Virus record (IMG/VR): IMGVR_UViG_3300037466_001022
Reading direction: 5' to 3' (one strand)
From: an uncultured virus (IMG/VR IMGVR_UViG_3300037466_001022)
Lineage: Duplodnaviria > Heunggongvirae > Uroviricota > Caudoviricetes
DNA: 64,000 nt
In this document: piece by piece, positions 37,701 to 49,379 of the stretch
Numbering within the stretch: position 1 is the first letter of the stretch
Layout of the letters: each line of letters starts with the position of its first letter
The notes under the pieces: model-generated
What the model was told of the DNA's origin: nothing
The model's database searches: none
What the model saw: only the letters and a program-made list of their open reading frames with translations
Made by a program: the position numbers and the translations under genes

Positions 37701-40700
37701 ACAAAATATCCTCAATCCTAGTTGACCAACTACCAGAATTCGTAAAGGCGGATCATCCGAACTTTATTGCATTCATGGAAGCATATTATGAATTCTGTGA
37801 ACAGGTCGGTGGTGTAACATACACTTCAAGAAACAACTGGGATGATATCGATAACACACTTCCACAATTTCTAGAATTTTTCTATAATGACTATTTGCCG
37901 TTGTTTCCAGACAGTGTTCTGGGAAACAAGATTTTGCTTGCAAAGAATGCAAAATCTTTCTATAATGCCAAGGGAACCGAAAAGTCATTCAAGCTGCTTT
38001 TCCGTGTCTTGTTCAATGAAGACGTAGAATTCTATTATCCAAAACAAGATATCTTGAGGGTATCTGCGGGCAAATGGTCTGTTCTAGTCTCATTGCGCAT
38101 TGCTCCAGAAGACCCAGACAATTTCGATTTATTCTCAAATCTTGAAATTACTGGATTAACCTCTGGCGCAACCGCTCTTGTTGATTCGACCAAAGTATAT
38201 TCATCTTTGGGAACAACAATCTATGAATTGTTCATCTCCTCACCAGTTGGTACATTCCTATCATCAGAAGAAATTTCTGCTACATTCACCAACCCAGATG
38301 GGTCAACAATTCAATTACGTGGTCATACTTTAGGTATCCTATCAAACATTGAAATTGTAAACCCTGGTGCTAATAACAGAGTTGGTGACACCATCCCGAT
38401 CACAGGCGGTGGCGGTGTTGGCGCCAGCGCATTCGTTTCTGAAGTGACTGATGGTCAGGTAACCGACTTGACAATCGTAAATCCTGGTGCAGGGTTTTTG
38501 GTCAATGATCAACTTATTTTCAACTCTGCAAATGGTTCCGGTGCAAACGCATTTGTCCAAAGAATTGATACTTTCAACAAAAACCACCCCGATTTCCTTT
38601 ATTTGAATTCTGACATTATTGGTGCATTCGATAACATCTCAATGAATGCAACCACATTTGCAACAAACGTGTCGGGCAAGGTTAGCGTTTCCGCAAACAG
38701 TATAAATGTTATTGGATCAAATACACATTTTCTAAATGAAGTTGGTCCTAGTGTTGCTTTGAAGATTGGTAATGATACAAGATTGATTGCATCTGTTGCC
38801 AACAACACATTTCTTACCGTCAATTCTGCATATAGCAGTGCCCAGACAAACGTTAATGGCGTTGTTGCTACTGCAATGGCCGGTTCAAATGCCAATAGCA
38901 CATTGTATGCAGCTTTGGTGTACAATATTGCTTATGGACCATGTGGGCCAATCAACAAAATCAAAATTGTGGATCGTGGAACCGGATACGATCAGGCGCC
39001 AACAGTCAACGTTGCGGCTTATATCCCAGTCAAGAACCTTGGAATCATTGGTGCTATCGATATCAACAACCCTGGAACAGGATACGCTGTTGGTGAAGAA
39101 CTAACTTTCACGACATTGGATGGCTTCGGCAGACATGCTGCCGGCTATATCTCTTCTGTTGCTGCCAACGGGGCAATTACAGGCATTCTTCTCGCTTATC
39201 CGAAAATTACTGGTTTCGGTAATGTGTTTTCAACAAGTAACACCGTTCTACGAGGTATTGGAACATCTTTTACAACTGATCTGGTTGTTGGGGACAGTAT
39301 CGTCATCAATAACGAAGAAAGACTTGTATCCACAATTGCAAACAATACATGGCTGACAACAAATTCCGCATTCAGCACAGCAAATGCCAATGTGAGAATT
39401 GGTAAGAAATATGATTTCATTGGTGGAACGCAGTATAATTCAACAGACGTAATGCCAACAATTACTGTTGGAACTATTTCTGGGGCTAATGCAAATCTTA
39501 CTGTCGGTTCTCTTATGGCTACTGGTGAAGACATTAGAGCAAATACCTTGGCTGGAGCTATTGTTGCCGTAACTATTACAAATCCAGGTGTTGGATATAC
39601 ATCGAACGTCACAATCGATATGAGCAAGAATGGGGATGGAACCGCCATCCTTGTTGGTGATGTTCTTGCTGGAGCTTATAGATATCCTGGTCGCTATCTT
39701 GATAGCTCAAGTTTATTGGACTCATCTTCTAAAATCCAAGACCGTGACTATTACCAAAATTTCTCTTATGTACTGAAATCAAAGGTTCCATTCGAAAAGT
39801 ATGCAACCGCATTGAAGAACCTTGCTCATCCAATTGGTATGAAGGTGTTCGCTGAAACACAAGTTGAATCGACAAATGAGAATGCTGACGCGGCAAACTT
39901 TGAAATTGATACTATTGGTCAACCAGATTTTCAGATTGATTTTAGAACTGGTGCAATCCCTGATGGGGCTACTTTCACAAGATCATCAACAGGAACCTAC
40001 TTCAATACTCTTGGTGTACTCGTAACTGCAAACAATAATGTTCCTCGTTTTGATCATGACCCGATAACCCATCGGCCTCTTGGTTATCTTTCTGAGATGC
40101 AGAGCACGAACGTATTAACAAATAGTATTTTATCAGGCGCAATCCCAGGTACGCCAGGAACAATGCCAACGAACACGAGCGCGGCATCAGATACTGGCTT
40201 ATCAACTCAGGTAATCGGAAGTGGGTCAATCAATGGCATACCATATGTTGATGTTCGATTTTTTGGTATTATGACGACTAATGGATCGGTAGGTTATGTT
40301 GATCTAAATGGTGTTTTTACATCATCTGGTGATGTTTGGACCACGAGCGCTTACGTTGCGATGGTTGGTGGTTCATTGAATAATATTCAGGGATTTAATA
40401 TTATTCAGTTTACATTCCCGGGCCCCACAGCACAAATTAGCGCGAGTTTTCAGGACATTTTGAATGGGTCATTGCAACGTATATCCTTTTCTTCAACACA
40501 ACCTTCCGGTGCAACGAGTACAAATTCGCGCATTGCCTTGATTTCAAATCTTGGTGCGGGTCATGCAATTGATATAACGTTGCGCATAGGCTTACCACAA
40601 ATGGAATTGTCAACAGGCATGACCTCACCTATCCTTACTTCTGGTACCACAGTTACACGCGCCGCGGACATCCTCACATTACCGTTAGCGTCGATGCCTG

Positions 40701-41149
40701 GATGGGATGCGAATAGAGGTGGTGTTCTTGTCGGTGTGGTCCGTACATCAGATGTACAACCAGCCGGAGTTGGTAACTTTCAAGCCATTGTAACTATCTA
40801 TGACGGAACATCTGACAATGCGGTCATACTTTCGAATCGTGATCGCAATACTGGTGGGTCGGTTGCTGCAATGAAATCTGGCGGCGGTTTTCTCGGTGTT
40901 AATGGTCCAATCCCTATCGATTTTGCTAGGACCAAAATTGCAATGGGTTGGGCAGAAAATAAGGTGTCAATTGCTGTGAACGGTGCGGCCCCAATAGTAG
41001 AGATTGGAAATCTTGCGTTACCAATCAATCCAACTATCTTAGGATTTGGACAATATCTCGGTAATCTCGGTGCGGGAGCTACAATAGAAAGTATATCATA
41101 TTATGTTGGTGAACACTCTAATACATTTATCCAAACAGTATCAACATAA
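37697..41149 (+). CDS. gp7: baseplate wedge initiator (gp7-like) with C-terminal accessory module
   Basis: QLPEFV.....FI.F..AYYE, FY.AKGT..S..LLFR.LF, IQD.DYYQ.FSYV.KS..HP.G. Confidence 0.75.
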   Translation: MNKISSILVDQLPEFVKADHPNFIAFMEAYYEFCEQVGGVTYTSRNNWDDIDNTLPQFLEFFYNDYLPLFPDSVLGNKILLAKNAKSFYNAKGTEKSFKLLFRVLFNEDVEFYYPKQDILRVSAGKWSVLVSLRIAPEDPDNFDLFSNLEITGLTSGATALVDSTKVYSSLGTTIYELFISSPVGTFLSSEEISATFTNPDGSTIQLRGHTLGILSNIEIVNPGANNRVGDTIPITGGGGVGASAFVSEVTDGQVTDLTIVNPGAGFLVNDQLIFNSANGSGANAFVQRIDTFNKNHPDFLYLNSDIIGAFDNISMNATTFATNVSGKVSVSANSINVIGSNTHFLNEVGPSVALKIGNDTRLIASVANNTFLTVNSAYSSAQTNVNGVVATAMAGSNANSTLYAALVYNIAYGPCGPINKIKIVDRGTGYDQAPTVNVAAYIPVKNLGIIGAIDINNPGTGYAVGEELTFTTLDGFGRHAAGYISSVAANGAITGILLAYPKITGFGNVFSTSNTVLRGIGTSFTTDLVVGDSIVINNEERLVSTIANNTWLTTNSAFSTANANVRIGKKYDFIGGTQYNSTDVMPTITVGTISGANANLTVGSLMATGEDIRANTLAGAIVAVTITNPGVGYTSNVTIDMSKNGDGTAILVGDVLAGAYRYPGRYLDSSSLLDSSSKIQDRDYYQNFSYVLKSKVPFEKYATALKNLAHPIGMKVFAETQVESTNENADAANFEIDTIGQPDFQIDFRTGAIPDGATFTRSSTGTYFNTLGVLVTANNNVPRFDHDPITHRPLGYLSEMQSTNVLTNSILSGAIPGTPGTMPTNTSAASDTGLSTQVIGSGSINGIPYVDVRFFGIMTTNGSVGYVDLNGVFTSSGDVWTTSAYVAMVGGSLNNIQGFNIIQFTFPGPTAQISASFQDILNGSLQRISFSSTQPSGATSTNSRIALISNLGAGHAIDITLRIGLPQMELSTGMTSPILTSGTTVTRAADILTLPLASMPGWDANRGGVLVGVVRTSDVQPAGVGNFQAIVTIYDGTSDNAVILSNRDRNTGGSVAAMKSGGGFLGVNGPIPIDFARTKIAMGWAENKVSIAVNGAAPIVEIGNLALPINPTILGFGQYLGNLGAGATIESISYYVGEHSNTFIQTVST

Positions 41150-41179
41150 ATAGATCAACCATCAAATTCATAGGATAGA

Positions 41180-43336
41180 ATGGCTAATACTTCCAGTGTA
41201 ACAGCAAAAGCAGGATTGAGTTTCTGCAACAAAATCATCGATTCCATTGTCGGTCCTGACTTGGAAATTAGTGACGCTTTGACTGCCGAACAAGAATTGG
41301 AGTTAACCTCTCTAAATAAATCTCAAATTTATCTTACCTTCGGTAGACAACGTTCCTGGAATTTGTACGAAACCGACAAACACTATGTCACAAGTTCACT
41401 TGCCGCTGTTGTCGCAAACAGCAATACTGTCGTTTTGACTTCTAATTCCAATAGTGAAATCAACGTAGGCGACACGCTGTATTTCAAGAACCAGGGTCTT
41501 CCAGCCGCATTCATCGGTGGTGCAAATGTTCTTTCCATCTCCGCTAATGGTACCGTAATTACGATGAATGCCAATGCAAGTTTGACGATTGCGAATGCTA
41601 TCGTCATTCGCAGCACAACAGGCTATTCGGATACCAATTCTCCACCAGCACCTACTGCTCCAGGAGCCGCAGGTCTTTATATCTGGGACAATGTTATTGG
41701 TGGTAAGTTATTGACAGGTAATGATCTTTGTGTTGTTGCTAAACAATGGCAATGGACTTCTGGTACAGTCTATAGCAAATATGATCCATTGAATGCAGAC
41801 TTGTTCACTAAGCCCTTTTACATTTTGACAAGTGATAATTCGGTATATAAATGTTTGGATAACATGAATGACTCACCGTCAACGGTAGAACCAAATTTCG
41901 TTCCAACAAATGATTGGACAACTCCTGTCCAAACTTCGGATGGTTATGTATGGAAATACATGTTTACATTATCCGGGTCGGATATCAATAAATTCCTTGC
42001 TCTTGGCTATATTCCAGTTCGCTTTCTTACAACATCATCTTCAGAACCAATTGATCAATGGAGTGTTCAACAAGCTGCTGTTGACGGTGCAATTGATAAC
42101 ATCATAGTGGTGAATTCTGGCTCCGGTTATGTATTGCCGGCAGATGGTATCCTACAAATCGACATATTGGGCGGTGGGGGCACCGGAGCTACTGTTACTC
42201 CTGGTCAGATTGATAGTGATGGACACATTGTTACGATTCTTGTAACAAACGGTGGTGAGGGATATGGAGCCAATGTAACTCGCTCATTCACTTCTACCGC
42301 AAACAGTAATGTCTTGACACATAGTGGAACAACTATCAGCAACACATACATCAATTCAAGTATTGTTGGATCAACCATTCCTGCAAATACCTATGTTACC
42401 AACATCGATAACGTTTCCAATCCGAAAAAAGTCTATTTGTCAGCTAATGCTACCTCTAACGGCGCTGTAGGTGGTGGTGTAATTGTTGGTATTCCTCGCG
42501 TCGTAGCAACTGGTGGAGGTGGCAGTGGACTATTGGCAAGTGCTATCGTTGTATCTAATGCGGTATCATCTATCTCTGTCACAAATGCAGGTCTTGGGTA
42601 CGTCCCACCAATCTTGATTTCCGCTCACGGGACAGGTACTGGAGCAACATTTAGTATTGATTCCGATCAGGTTGGTCTAAATGGTGAGATTTTGGGAGTA
42701 AACGTTGATACTCCTGGTCAAGGATATTCTAATGTCAGAATGAGTATTTCAGGTGGTTTTGGTTCCGGAGCAGAATTGAAAGTCATGCCAGGCCCACATG
42801 GAGGTCATGGTTCAAATCCACAAGAAGAATTGGGTGCCCGATCATTGATGATTTCTGTATCATTGAATGGCACCGAAAGTGGTAATTTGTTGATGACATT
42901 GGGTAATGAATTTCGTCAGGTTGCATTGATCGAAAATCCTTTAGATGCCAATACAGGCAACGTAATGTCAACCTCGGTATTCTTCCAGCCAGCCCAGATT
43001 TTTGTAACCCCTGGTCTAACTGATTTCGTCAATGATGAAGTGGTATATCAAGGTAGTGATCCTGCCAATGCTACATTCAGTGGTGTAGTTGAAGCATTCG
43101 ACAGTGCTAATAACCTGTTGTTTTTGAACAATACAATGTATGGTAACAATTCAACGGCACCAAGTGGTGATTTACCTCTTCAAGGTGTAATCTCTGGCAC
43201 AAATCGTGATTTTGTCTCGCAAATTGCCCAGACAGCAACTAAATATACGGGTAAGGTTCTGTTTATCCAGAATATTAACCCAATTGTAAGGGCTAATAAC
43301 CAGAACGAATCAATTAAAATCGTTATAAACGAATAA
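41180..43336 (+). CDS. gp8: baseplate wedge subunit (gp8)
   Basis: WTSGTVY, VYKCLDN, S..EP, DGYVWKYMF, GGHGSNP..ELGA, FRQV. Confidence 0.85.
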   Translation: MANTSSVTAKAGLSFCNKIIDSIVGPDLEISDALTAEQELELTSLNKSQIYLTFGRQRSWNLYETDKHYVTSSLAAVVANSNTVVLTSNSNSEINVGDTLYFKNQGLPAAFIGGANVLSISANGTVITMNANASLTIANAIVIRSTTGYSDTNSPPAPTAPGAAGLYIWDNVIGGKLLTGNDLCVVAKQWQWTSGTVYSKYDPLNADLFTKPFYILTSDNSVYKCLDNMNDSPSTVEPNFVPTNDWTTPVQTSDGYVWKYMFTLSGSDINKFLALGYIPVRFLTTSSSEPIDQWSVQQAAVDGAIDNIIVVNSGSGYVLPADGILQIDILGGGGTGATVTPGQIDSDGHIVTILVTNGGEGYGANVTRSFTSTANSNVLTHSGTTISNTYINSSIVGSTIPANTYVTNIDNVSNPKKVYLSANATSNGAVGGGVIVGIPRVVATGGGGSGLLASAIVVSNAVSSISVTNAGLGYVPPILISAHGTGTGATFSIDSDQVGLNGEILGVNVDTPGQGYSNVRMSISGGFGSGAELKVMPGPHGGHGSNPQEELGARSLMISVSLNGTESGNLLMTLGNEFRQVALIENPLDANTGNVMSTSVFFQPAQIFVTPGLTDFVNDEVVYQGSDPANATFSGVVEAFDSANNLLFLNNTMYGNNSTAPSGDLPLQGVISGTNRDFVSQIAQTATKYTGKVLFIQNINPIVRANNQNESIKIVINE

Positions 43337-43351
43337 CGGAAAAAGAAAGTA

Positions 43352-46300
43352 ATGACCGATAGAATCGTACCAGCAGCCGCAACTTCGAAGCCCTTCTATG
43401 ACGATTTTGACGAGGATAAGCTATTTCTTCGTATGCTATTTCGTCCTGGATATGCGGTGCAGGGTCGTGAACTAACCCAACTTCAGACAATCTTACAGAA
43501 ACAGATTGATAGATTTGGTAGTTCAATCTTCAAGAATAATTCCCTTGTTACAGGGGGTGAAACCTCTGTTGACAAAAAGGTTCTCTATCTCCAAGTAGAA
43601 GATACTTTCTCTGGTGTTACAGTTGATCCAACTATTTTCCTTAATCAAAGAGTGCAAGATACTCTTGCAACGTCTATTTCTGGAACAGTTGTAGCCGTTC
43701 AAACCAAATCAACAAACGGTTCAGAACCAGCAGCCCTTATCGTACAGTTGAATGGTTCAACCCAATTCGGGCCAGGTAGAGCACTCCAAATTCCAAACAG
43801 TAGCAATTTCATTCAAATCAAGTCTGTTGCTACAGGTTCTGCATCATCTGTAATTGGTGGTTCATCTATTGCTCGTGTGAATTCAGGCATTTTCTTTGTC
43901 AATGGTATCTTTGTAAAGAATTTGGCTCAAACCATCATCCTTGATCCTTATTCAACAGTACCAACATATCGTGTTGGATTTGAAATATCTCAAAACATCG
44001 TAACTGAAACAAGCGATACATCGCTTCTCGATCCTGCGTTGGAATCTTCCAACAACCAGGCTCCTGGTGCTGCTCGCTATCAAATTGTTCTGACACTCTC
44101 AAAGCGTGATATTGATTCTACCGACAGTTCCACATTCATTGAATTGTTGCGTGTCGTTGGTGGTCAGGTCCAGTCAAAGATCAAATACCCAGATCTTTCT
44201 GGTCTTGGTGACACTCTTGCTCGTCGCACATATGACACAAATGGTGACTATACAGTCAAGGCATTCCGACTTGTATTGCGTGAAGATACTGGTGTTGGCC
44301 TTGTTGGAAGAGCAACAGCCACCCTAAATTCAACTGTCGTATCTGGCACAAATAGTATCTTTACACTTCAGGTTCAGTCTGGTGATACACTAGCAATTGA
44401 TGGTAAAAAATACACTGTTGCCAATGTTTCAAGTAACACTGTTCTGAATTTGACAACTCCCGCAGTCCAGAATTCAAACAACTACATCGCAAGCATCATC
44501 CGAGATTCGCGTTATACTGCACAATTGGATCGTGGTAAGGCATATGTGAAGGGTTATGAATTCTCCACAATGTCACCGACAAGAATCATCACAGATAAGG
44601 CCCGTGATACTGCGAACGTCAATAACTATGAAATTGCCCTAAACTACGGTAATTATTTCATTGCTAATAGCCCAAATGGTTTCATTGATACTACAACTAC
44701 ACCAATTGTAGATTTGCATAATGTATATTCCAGTGGAATCAACACTGGCTCATATACATCAACTAAAGTCGGTACTGCTCGTGTTCTATCCATTGATAGC
44801 ACCGGAACCTCTGGTTTCTATCGTACCCATCTATATGATATTAGGTTTTCTTCCAATGCAAGTTTCTCTAACGTAAAATCAATTTCATTGGATTCAAGCA
44901 AATCAGCAACGGCAAACGTCTCGGGATTCTCTCAGGATTCAGCTAACCTATCATTCTTGACAGATACATCATTCAGAACATTTATCTTTCGCTTTCCACA
45001 GTTGGCAATTGCTCCTGATAGCATCACTTCTCCAGCTTATCCAACAAAATACTCATTCACTTCACAAAACTTCAATAATTCTGGTGGCACATCAACAAGC
45101 GGTACTCTAACACTACCAAGCGGCAAGAACTATATTGGTACTGGTACACTTGACTCATTCACAACCGGGGTGGACTTCATTGTTGAAGTCAAGGATCGTC
45201 AATCTTCTAATCTGACAACTGGTCAGATTTTGACCTATGCAGATAATGGTTTGCGTGTTACAATTGCATCACCAACAACGGCAACTATCTCTGCTGCAGC
45301 AAATAGCGCCTTTGTCGGAAATATTATTGCGGTCGTTAACCAGGAAACATCAACTGCAAAGACAAAGGTGCTTGTATCTGCAAATTCATCGGTTCTATCA
45401 AACACCGGTGGTTTCACAGTCGGCACAACAAGAGTTTTCCCGAATACAGGTCAGATTTCACTTGGATCATCAACAATCACAAATTCAAACGTGTGGTTCC
45501 CACTATATCTTGCCGACGTTGATGAAGACACTGTTAAAATTGTCCAGAATGTTACAAGTGCTGCCGATCTAACAGACACAAGCAAAGACATCACGTCCCA
45601 TTTCCAGATTGATAATGGTCAGCGTGACTATATCTATGACTATGCTCAAATCAAACTAAAAACTGGACAGAGCGCCCCATCTGGCAATGTTGTCGTATTG
45701 ACAAACTATTACACCCATTCTGGCACAGGTTACTTCACAGTCGATTCATATCCTAATGCAAACACAAGCAATGGATATTCAGCAATCTCCGACTATACAT
45801 CCGCAACAGATGGTTCTACCTATAACCTAAGAAATTGTATTGATTTCCGTCCTCGTCGTATCGATGCAAATACAGCATCCGCCGCTGGTGATTTGACAAC
45901 TACTCCTGGATATACAATCCAGAATGCAGGACTGTTCTCTTCCGAGTCAACCTTCCTTGTTGACTCTTACCAGTATTACTTGTCACGTATCGACAAGATC
46001 ATCTTGACACGTGATTTGGTCTTCAAGATCGTAAAGGGCATCCCTGCTATCAAACCTCTTCCACCTCCGGATGATCCTGATGGCATGACATTGTATAGCT
46101 TGGTCCTTCCAGCTTATACATTCAAGGCTACTGATATCGTTGTGAACTATGTTGAAAACAAGCGTTATACTATGCGTGATATTGGTAATCTAGAAAAGAG
46201 AATCCAAAATCTCGAATACTATAATGCTCTTAATCTATTGGAGCAAAATGCGAATGCTTTGACGATCACCGACGATCAGGGCAACAATCGCTCCAAATAT

Positions 46301-48100
46301 GGTGTTCTAGTCGATTCCTTCCAAGGATGGCAGATTGCCGATGCTGGTTCAGCCGATATTGCTGTGTCCATGGACACCCAAAACGGCTATATGTATCCAG
46401 CTATCAATCAGAATAATATCAAACTATTGTCAGTAGATGCATCCTCATCTACCGCTAATGCAAATGGTATTATCATGTTGCCTTACACCGAAGAAATTAT
46501 GATATCTCAAGATAAGGCAACTGATTTTGAACCAGTCGCTGCATATGCATTCTCAGATTGGCTGGGTACAGTTTCTCTATATCCAGCATCTGATTATTGG
46601 TATGATACCCAACAGGCTCCAGATGTTGTTGTAAATCTAAATGGTCAGAATGATAACTGGGAACAGTTTGGTCAATTGTTAGAAAAAATTGGTTCGGCTC
46701 TCCCAACAGCACAGAATCCGTTCAATACCGTCTATGGTTCATGGGAAACTGTATGGACAGGATCAACTCAATTGTCGCAATCAACATTTGATCAAACAAC
46801 TACGGGTGCAAATGGAACAACAGTAGACACCATCCAAAGAACCGTAACAGACAATCAAACTGGACAAACTCAAATTGGTGTAACAACATCAATTGCACCC
46901 CAGACTATTACATCTTCACTTGGTAACAAGGTGGTTGATACAAGCATCATTCCATATATTCGACCACAGAATCTATATTTTACTGCCATCAACTTGCGTC
47001 CAGGTCGTCCTATGACCATGACTTTTGATGGTGTTGATGTTACAAATTATTGTCAACGTTTGAATGTGATTTTCTTGGCTAATAATACACCAAGCTTTAT
47101 TTCTGGAATGCCTAATGGTGAAACTATCACCGGTCCAGGTGGTTATTCTGCAAAGGTTGTAATGTCAACAACCGATGCACTATACGTTACAAACGAAACT
47201 GGCACACCCCCATCAAATACTTCTATTGTAGTTGGTTCAACTTCTGCGGCTTCCGCAACAGTTGATCATTATTCACATCGTACTGGAAATGCCGTATCGG
47301 CAACAGCCAATACAATCACATTACAATCTGTTGCCTCAGCAAACGCTAACGGATATATCTCGAATCCATTTATCTATATCACTTCTGGTACTGGTAATGG
47401 TCAGCGCCGTATCATTGCATCATATAACGCAACAAGTCAGATTGTAACAGTAGATCACAATTGGGATACAACTCCCGACACTACATCAATCTATTCACTT
47501 GGCTCCCATATCACAACACCAACTGGTCAGCTTGCTGGTATCTTCAGTCTACCAAGTTCACCAATTTCATTCCATACCGGTGAAAGGGTGTTCCGTATGT
47601 CTGACTCTATTGGTAGCGCCGCCGATATTGCAACATGTACAACATCCGCCGATGCTCAATTTGAAGCACAAGGTTTGTTGAATACCGTGCAGAATGACCT
47701 TGTCTCTATTCAAGTTCCAGAAGTAGTTAGAACATCATCAACCGAAACCCGTGTTATTGATGACGTTACAACAACGGATAGTACCATCTCTTCTGTCACA
47801 TATCCACCCGATCCACCAGCAACACCAGTTGCTCCTCCTCCAAGTGGTATCGACAACGATAACTACCATCCACAATGGACTACATCTCTACAGTTCGAGT
47901 CTAATGCTGGTTGGTCTACAATCCCATCAATCGATATCACTGGTAATGGAAACTATATCTATTACTATGGTGGTCAATATCTACAAGACTTGCCAGGATC
48001 AGGTCTGGTGCCAATCACTGACCCAGCCCTATTGGCATTCGTAACTTCATTGGGTCTACCAAATTCTGTTCCACAATCATGGCAAATTTCAGGCGGTTAA
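43352..48100 (+). CDS. large VrlC/DUF4815-like virion protein, N-terminal part
   Basis: PFYDDF...LFRPG.AVQ.RELTQLQTILQ, APGA.R, LARRTYD..GDY.V, KRYTMRDIG.LEKRI.NLEYY. Confidence 0.8.
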   Translation: MTDRIVPAAATSKPFYDDFDEDKLFLRMLFRPGYAVQGRELTQLQTILQKQIDRFGSSIFKNNSLVTGGETSVDKKVLYLQVEDTFSGVTVDPTIFLNQRVQDTLATSISGTVVAVQTKSTNGSEPAALIVQLNGSTQFGPGRALQIPNSSNFIQIKSVATGSASSVIGGSSIARVNSGIFFVNGIFVKNLAQTIILDPYSTVPTYRVGFEISQNIVTETSDTSLLDPALESSNNQAPGAARYQIVLTLSKRDIDSTDSSTFIELLRVVGGQVQSKIKYPDLSGLGDTLARRTYDTNGDYTVKAFRLVLREDTGVGLVGRATATLNSTVVSGTNSIFTLQVQSGDTLAIDGKKYTVANVSSNTVLNLTTPAVQNSNNYIASIIRDSRYTAQLDRGKAYVKGYEFSTMSPTRIITDKARDTANVNNYEIALNYGNYFIANSPNGFIDTTTTPIVDLHNVYSSGINTGSYTSTKVGTARVLSIDSTGTSGFYRTHLYDIRFSSNASFSNVKSISLDSSKSATANVSGFSQDSANLSFLTDTSFRTFIFRFPQLAIAPDSITSPAYPTKYSFTSQNFNNSGGTSTSGTLTLPSGKNYIGTGTLDSFTTGVDFIVEVKDRQSSNLTTGQILTYADNGLRVTIASPTTATISAAANSAFVGNIIAVVNQETSTAKTKVLVSANSSVLSNTGGFTVGTTRVFPNTGQISLGSSTITNSNVWFPLYLADVDEDTVKIVQNVTSAADLTDTSKDITSHFQIDNGQRDYIYDYAQIKLKTGQSAPSGNVVVLTNYYTHSGTGYFTVDSYPNANTSNGYSAISDYTSATDGSTYNLRNCIDFRPRRIDANTASAAGDLTTTPGYTIQNAGLFSSESTFLVDSYQYYLSRIDKIILTRDLVFKIVKGIPAIKPLPPPDDPDGMTLYSLVLPAYTFKATDIVVNYVENKRYTMRDIGNLEKRIQNLEYYNALNLLEQNANALTITDDQGNNRSKYGVLVDSFQGWQIADAGSADIAVSMDTQNGYMYPAINQNNIKLLSVDASSSTANANGIIMLPYTEEIMISQDKATDFEPVAAYAFSDWLGTVSLYPASDYWYDTQQAPDVVVNLNGQNDNWEQFGQLLEKIGSALPTAQNPFNTVYGSWETVWTGSTQLSQSTFDQTTTGANGTTVDTIQRTVTDNQTGQTQIGVTTSIAPQTITSSLGNKVVDTSIIPYIRPQNLYFTAINLRPGRPMTMTFDGVDVTNYCQRLNVIFLANNTPSFISGMPNGETITGPGGYSAKVVMSTTDALYVTNETGTPPSNTSIVVGSTSAASATVDHYSHRTGNAVSATANTITLQSVASANANGYISNPFIYITSGTGNGQRRIIASYNATSQIVTVDHNWDTTPDTTSIYSLGSHITTPTGQLAGIFSLPSSPISFHTGERVFRMSDSIGSAADIATCTTSADAQFEAQGLLNTVQNDLVSIQVPEVVRTSSTETRVIDDVTTTDSTISSVTYPPDPPATPVAPPPSGIDNDNYHPQWTTSLQFESNAGWSTIPSIDITGNGNYIYYYGGQYLQDLPGSGLVPITDPALLAFVTSLGLPNSVPQSWQISGG

Positions 48101-48103
48101 TAA

Positions 48104-49372
48104 ATGACACCACTAGCACAATCTTTTTATGTTCAACCATCTAACTATCCAAACGGTGTCTTTTTGACTTCTGTTGACTTGTGCTTCAAAAACAAGTCAT
48201 CAAACAATCTCCCTGTCACAATCCAAATCAGACCAATGAATAGCGGTTTCCCTTCAGGGTCCGTTGTTCTACCTTTTTCCGAAGTATCATTGGTTCCATC
48301 TCAGGTTTTGACAACCGACTTTCCAGACTTTAATACACAATATACACGTTTCACATTCAAGACGCCTGTTTATTTGACTCCAGATGAATTTGCCTTAATG
48401 GTTTTTTCCAATGATATTGATTACGATGTATATGTAGCAAATCTTGGTGAAACCATCATTGGTGGCACGAACATCGTTTCAAGTCAGCCTTATACTGGTG
48501 TGTTCTTCAAATCCTCAGATGGTGTGACTTTCACAGCATATCAAAGCGAAGATTTGATGTTCCGTCTCAATAAGGCGGTCTTTCCAACAAGTATCACAAA
48601 ATCTGCAATCTTTGTCAGCAATAGCGTATCTGCCAATGTGAACATGGATGCTTCATATACCCAGGCTCAATTCGTCACATATGGTCTTTCATCCATTGAC
48701 TGGGCAAACAAGGCAACTCCGAATTCAACGATAACTTTGGATTCTGATTTTGCCTCAATGCACGTCAACGAAACATATCATTTCAGTGATGGTAATGGCC
48801 GCCGTGTGCTTCTTCAGACTCCATCTGGTGACAATGGAAAATATTTCCTAAGAGGGAATTTGACAACTCTTGACAGGAACGTTTCACCAGTAATTGATCC
48901 TAGTCGTCTATCTCTGAATGCAATCGAAACGTTGATCAACAACGATTCTGGTAATGAAACAGGATCATTTGGTGGTAATGCTCTAACACGATATATTTCC
49001 CGTCGTGTTACACTTGCTGATGGATTTGATGCCAATTCTCTCCAGGTATATTTGACCGCCTATAAACCAATTGGAACCAACATTTTTGTCTATGCTAAGG
49101 TTCTTTCAAGGGACGATCCTGACAATTTCGATGTAAAGAACTGGACTCTGTTGTCACAACTTTCAGCAGCTAATCTATTTTCTGCGGACCAGAATGACTT
49201 CCGTGAATTCCAATATGCAATGTCTGCAACTGACGATACGATTTCTTATGTGTCCAATGGTGTCACTTTCACATCATTTGCTACGTTTGCAATCAAGATT
49301 GTGCTTGTCTCCGATGACACAACAATCAATCCAATTCTGGCAGACATGCGCGCTATCGCATTGCCAGGATAA
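48104..49372 (+). CDS. C-terminal part of VrlC/DUF4815-like protein, encoded as a separate gene
   Basis: starts at TPLAQSF; F.S...T.T..Q.EDL.F, SPVID, YISR.VTL, FAIKIV, D.RAIA. Confidence 0.75.
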   Translation: MTPLAQSFYVQPSNYPNGVFLTSVDLCFKNKSSNNLPVTIQIRPMNSGFPSGSVVLPFSEVSLVPSQVLTTDFPDFNTQYTRFTFKTPVYLTPDEFALMVFSNDIDYDVYVANLGETIIGGTNIVSSQPYTGVFFKSSDGVTFTAYQSEDLMFRLNKAVFPTSITKSAIFVSNSVSANVNMDASYTQAQFVTYGLSSIDWANKATPNSTITLDSDFASMHVNETYHFSDGNGRRVLLQTPSGDNGKYFLRGNLTTLDRNVSPVIDPSRLSLNAIETLINNDSGNETGSFGGNALTRYISRRVTLADGFDANSLQVYLTAYKPIGTNIFVYAKVLSRDDPDNFDVKNWTLLSQLSAANLFSADQNDFREFQYAMSATDDTISYVSNGVTFTSFATFAIKIVLVSDDTTINPILADMRAIALPG

Positions 49373-49379
49373 ATAAAGA

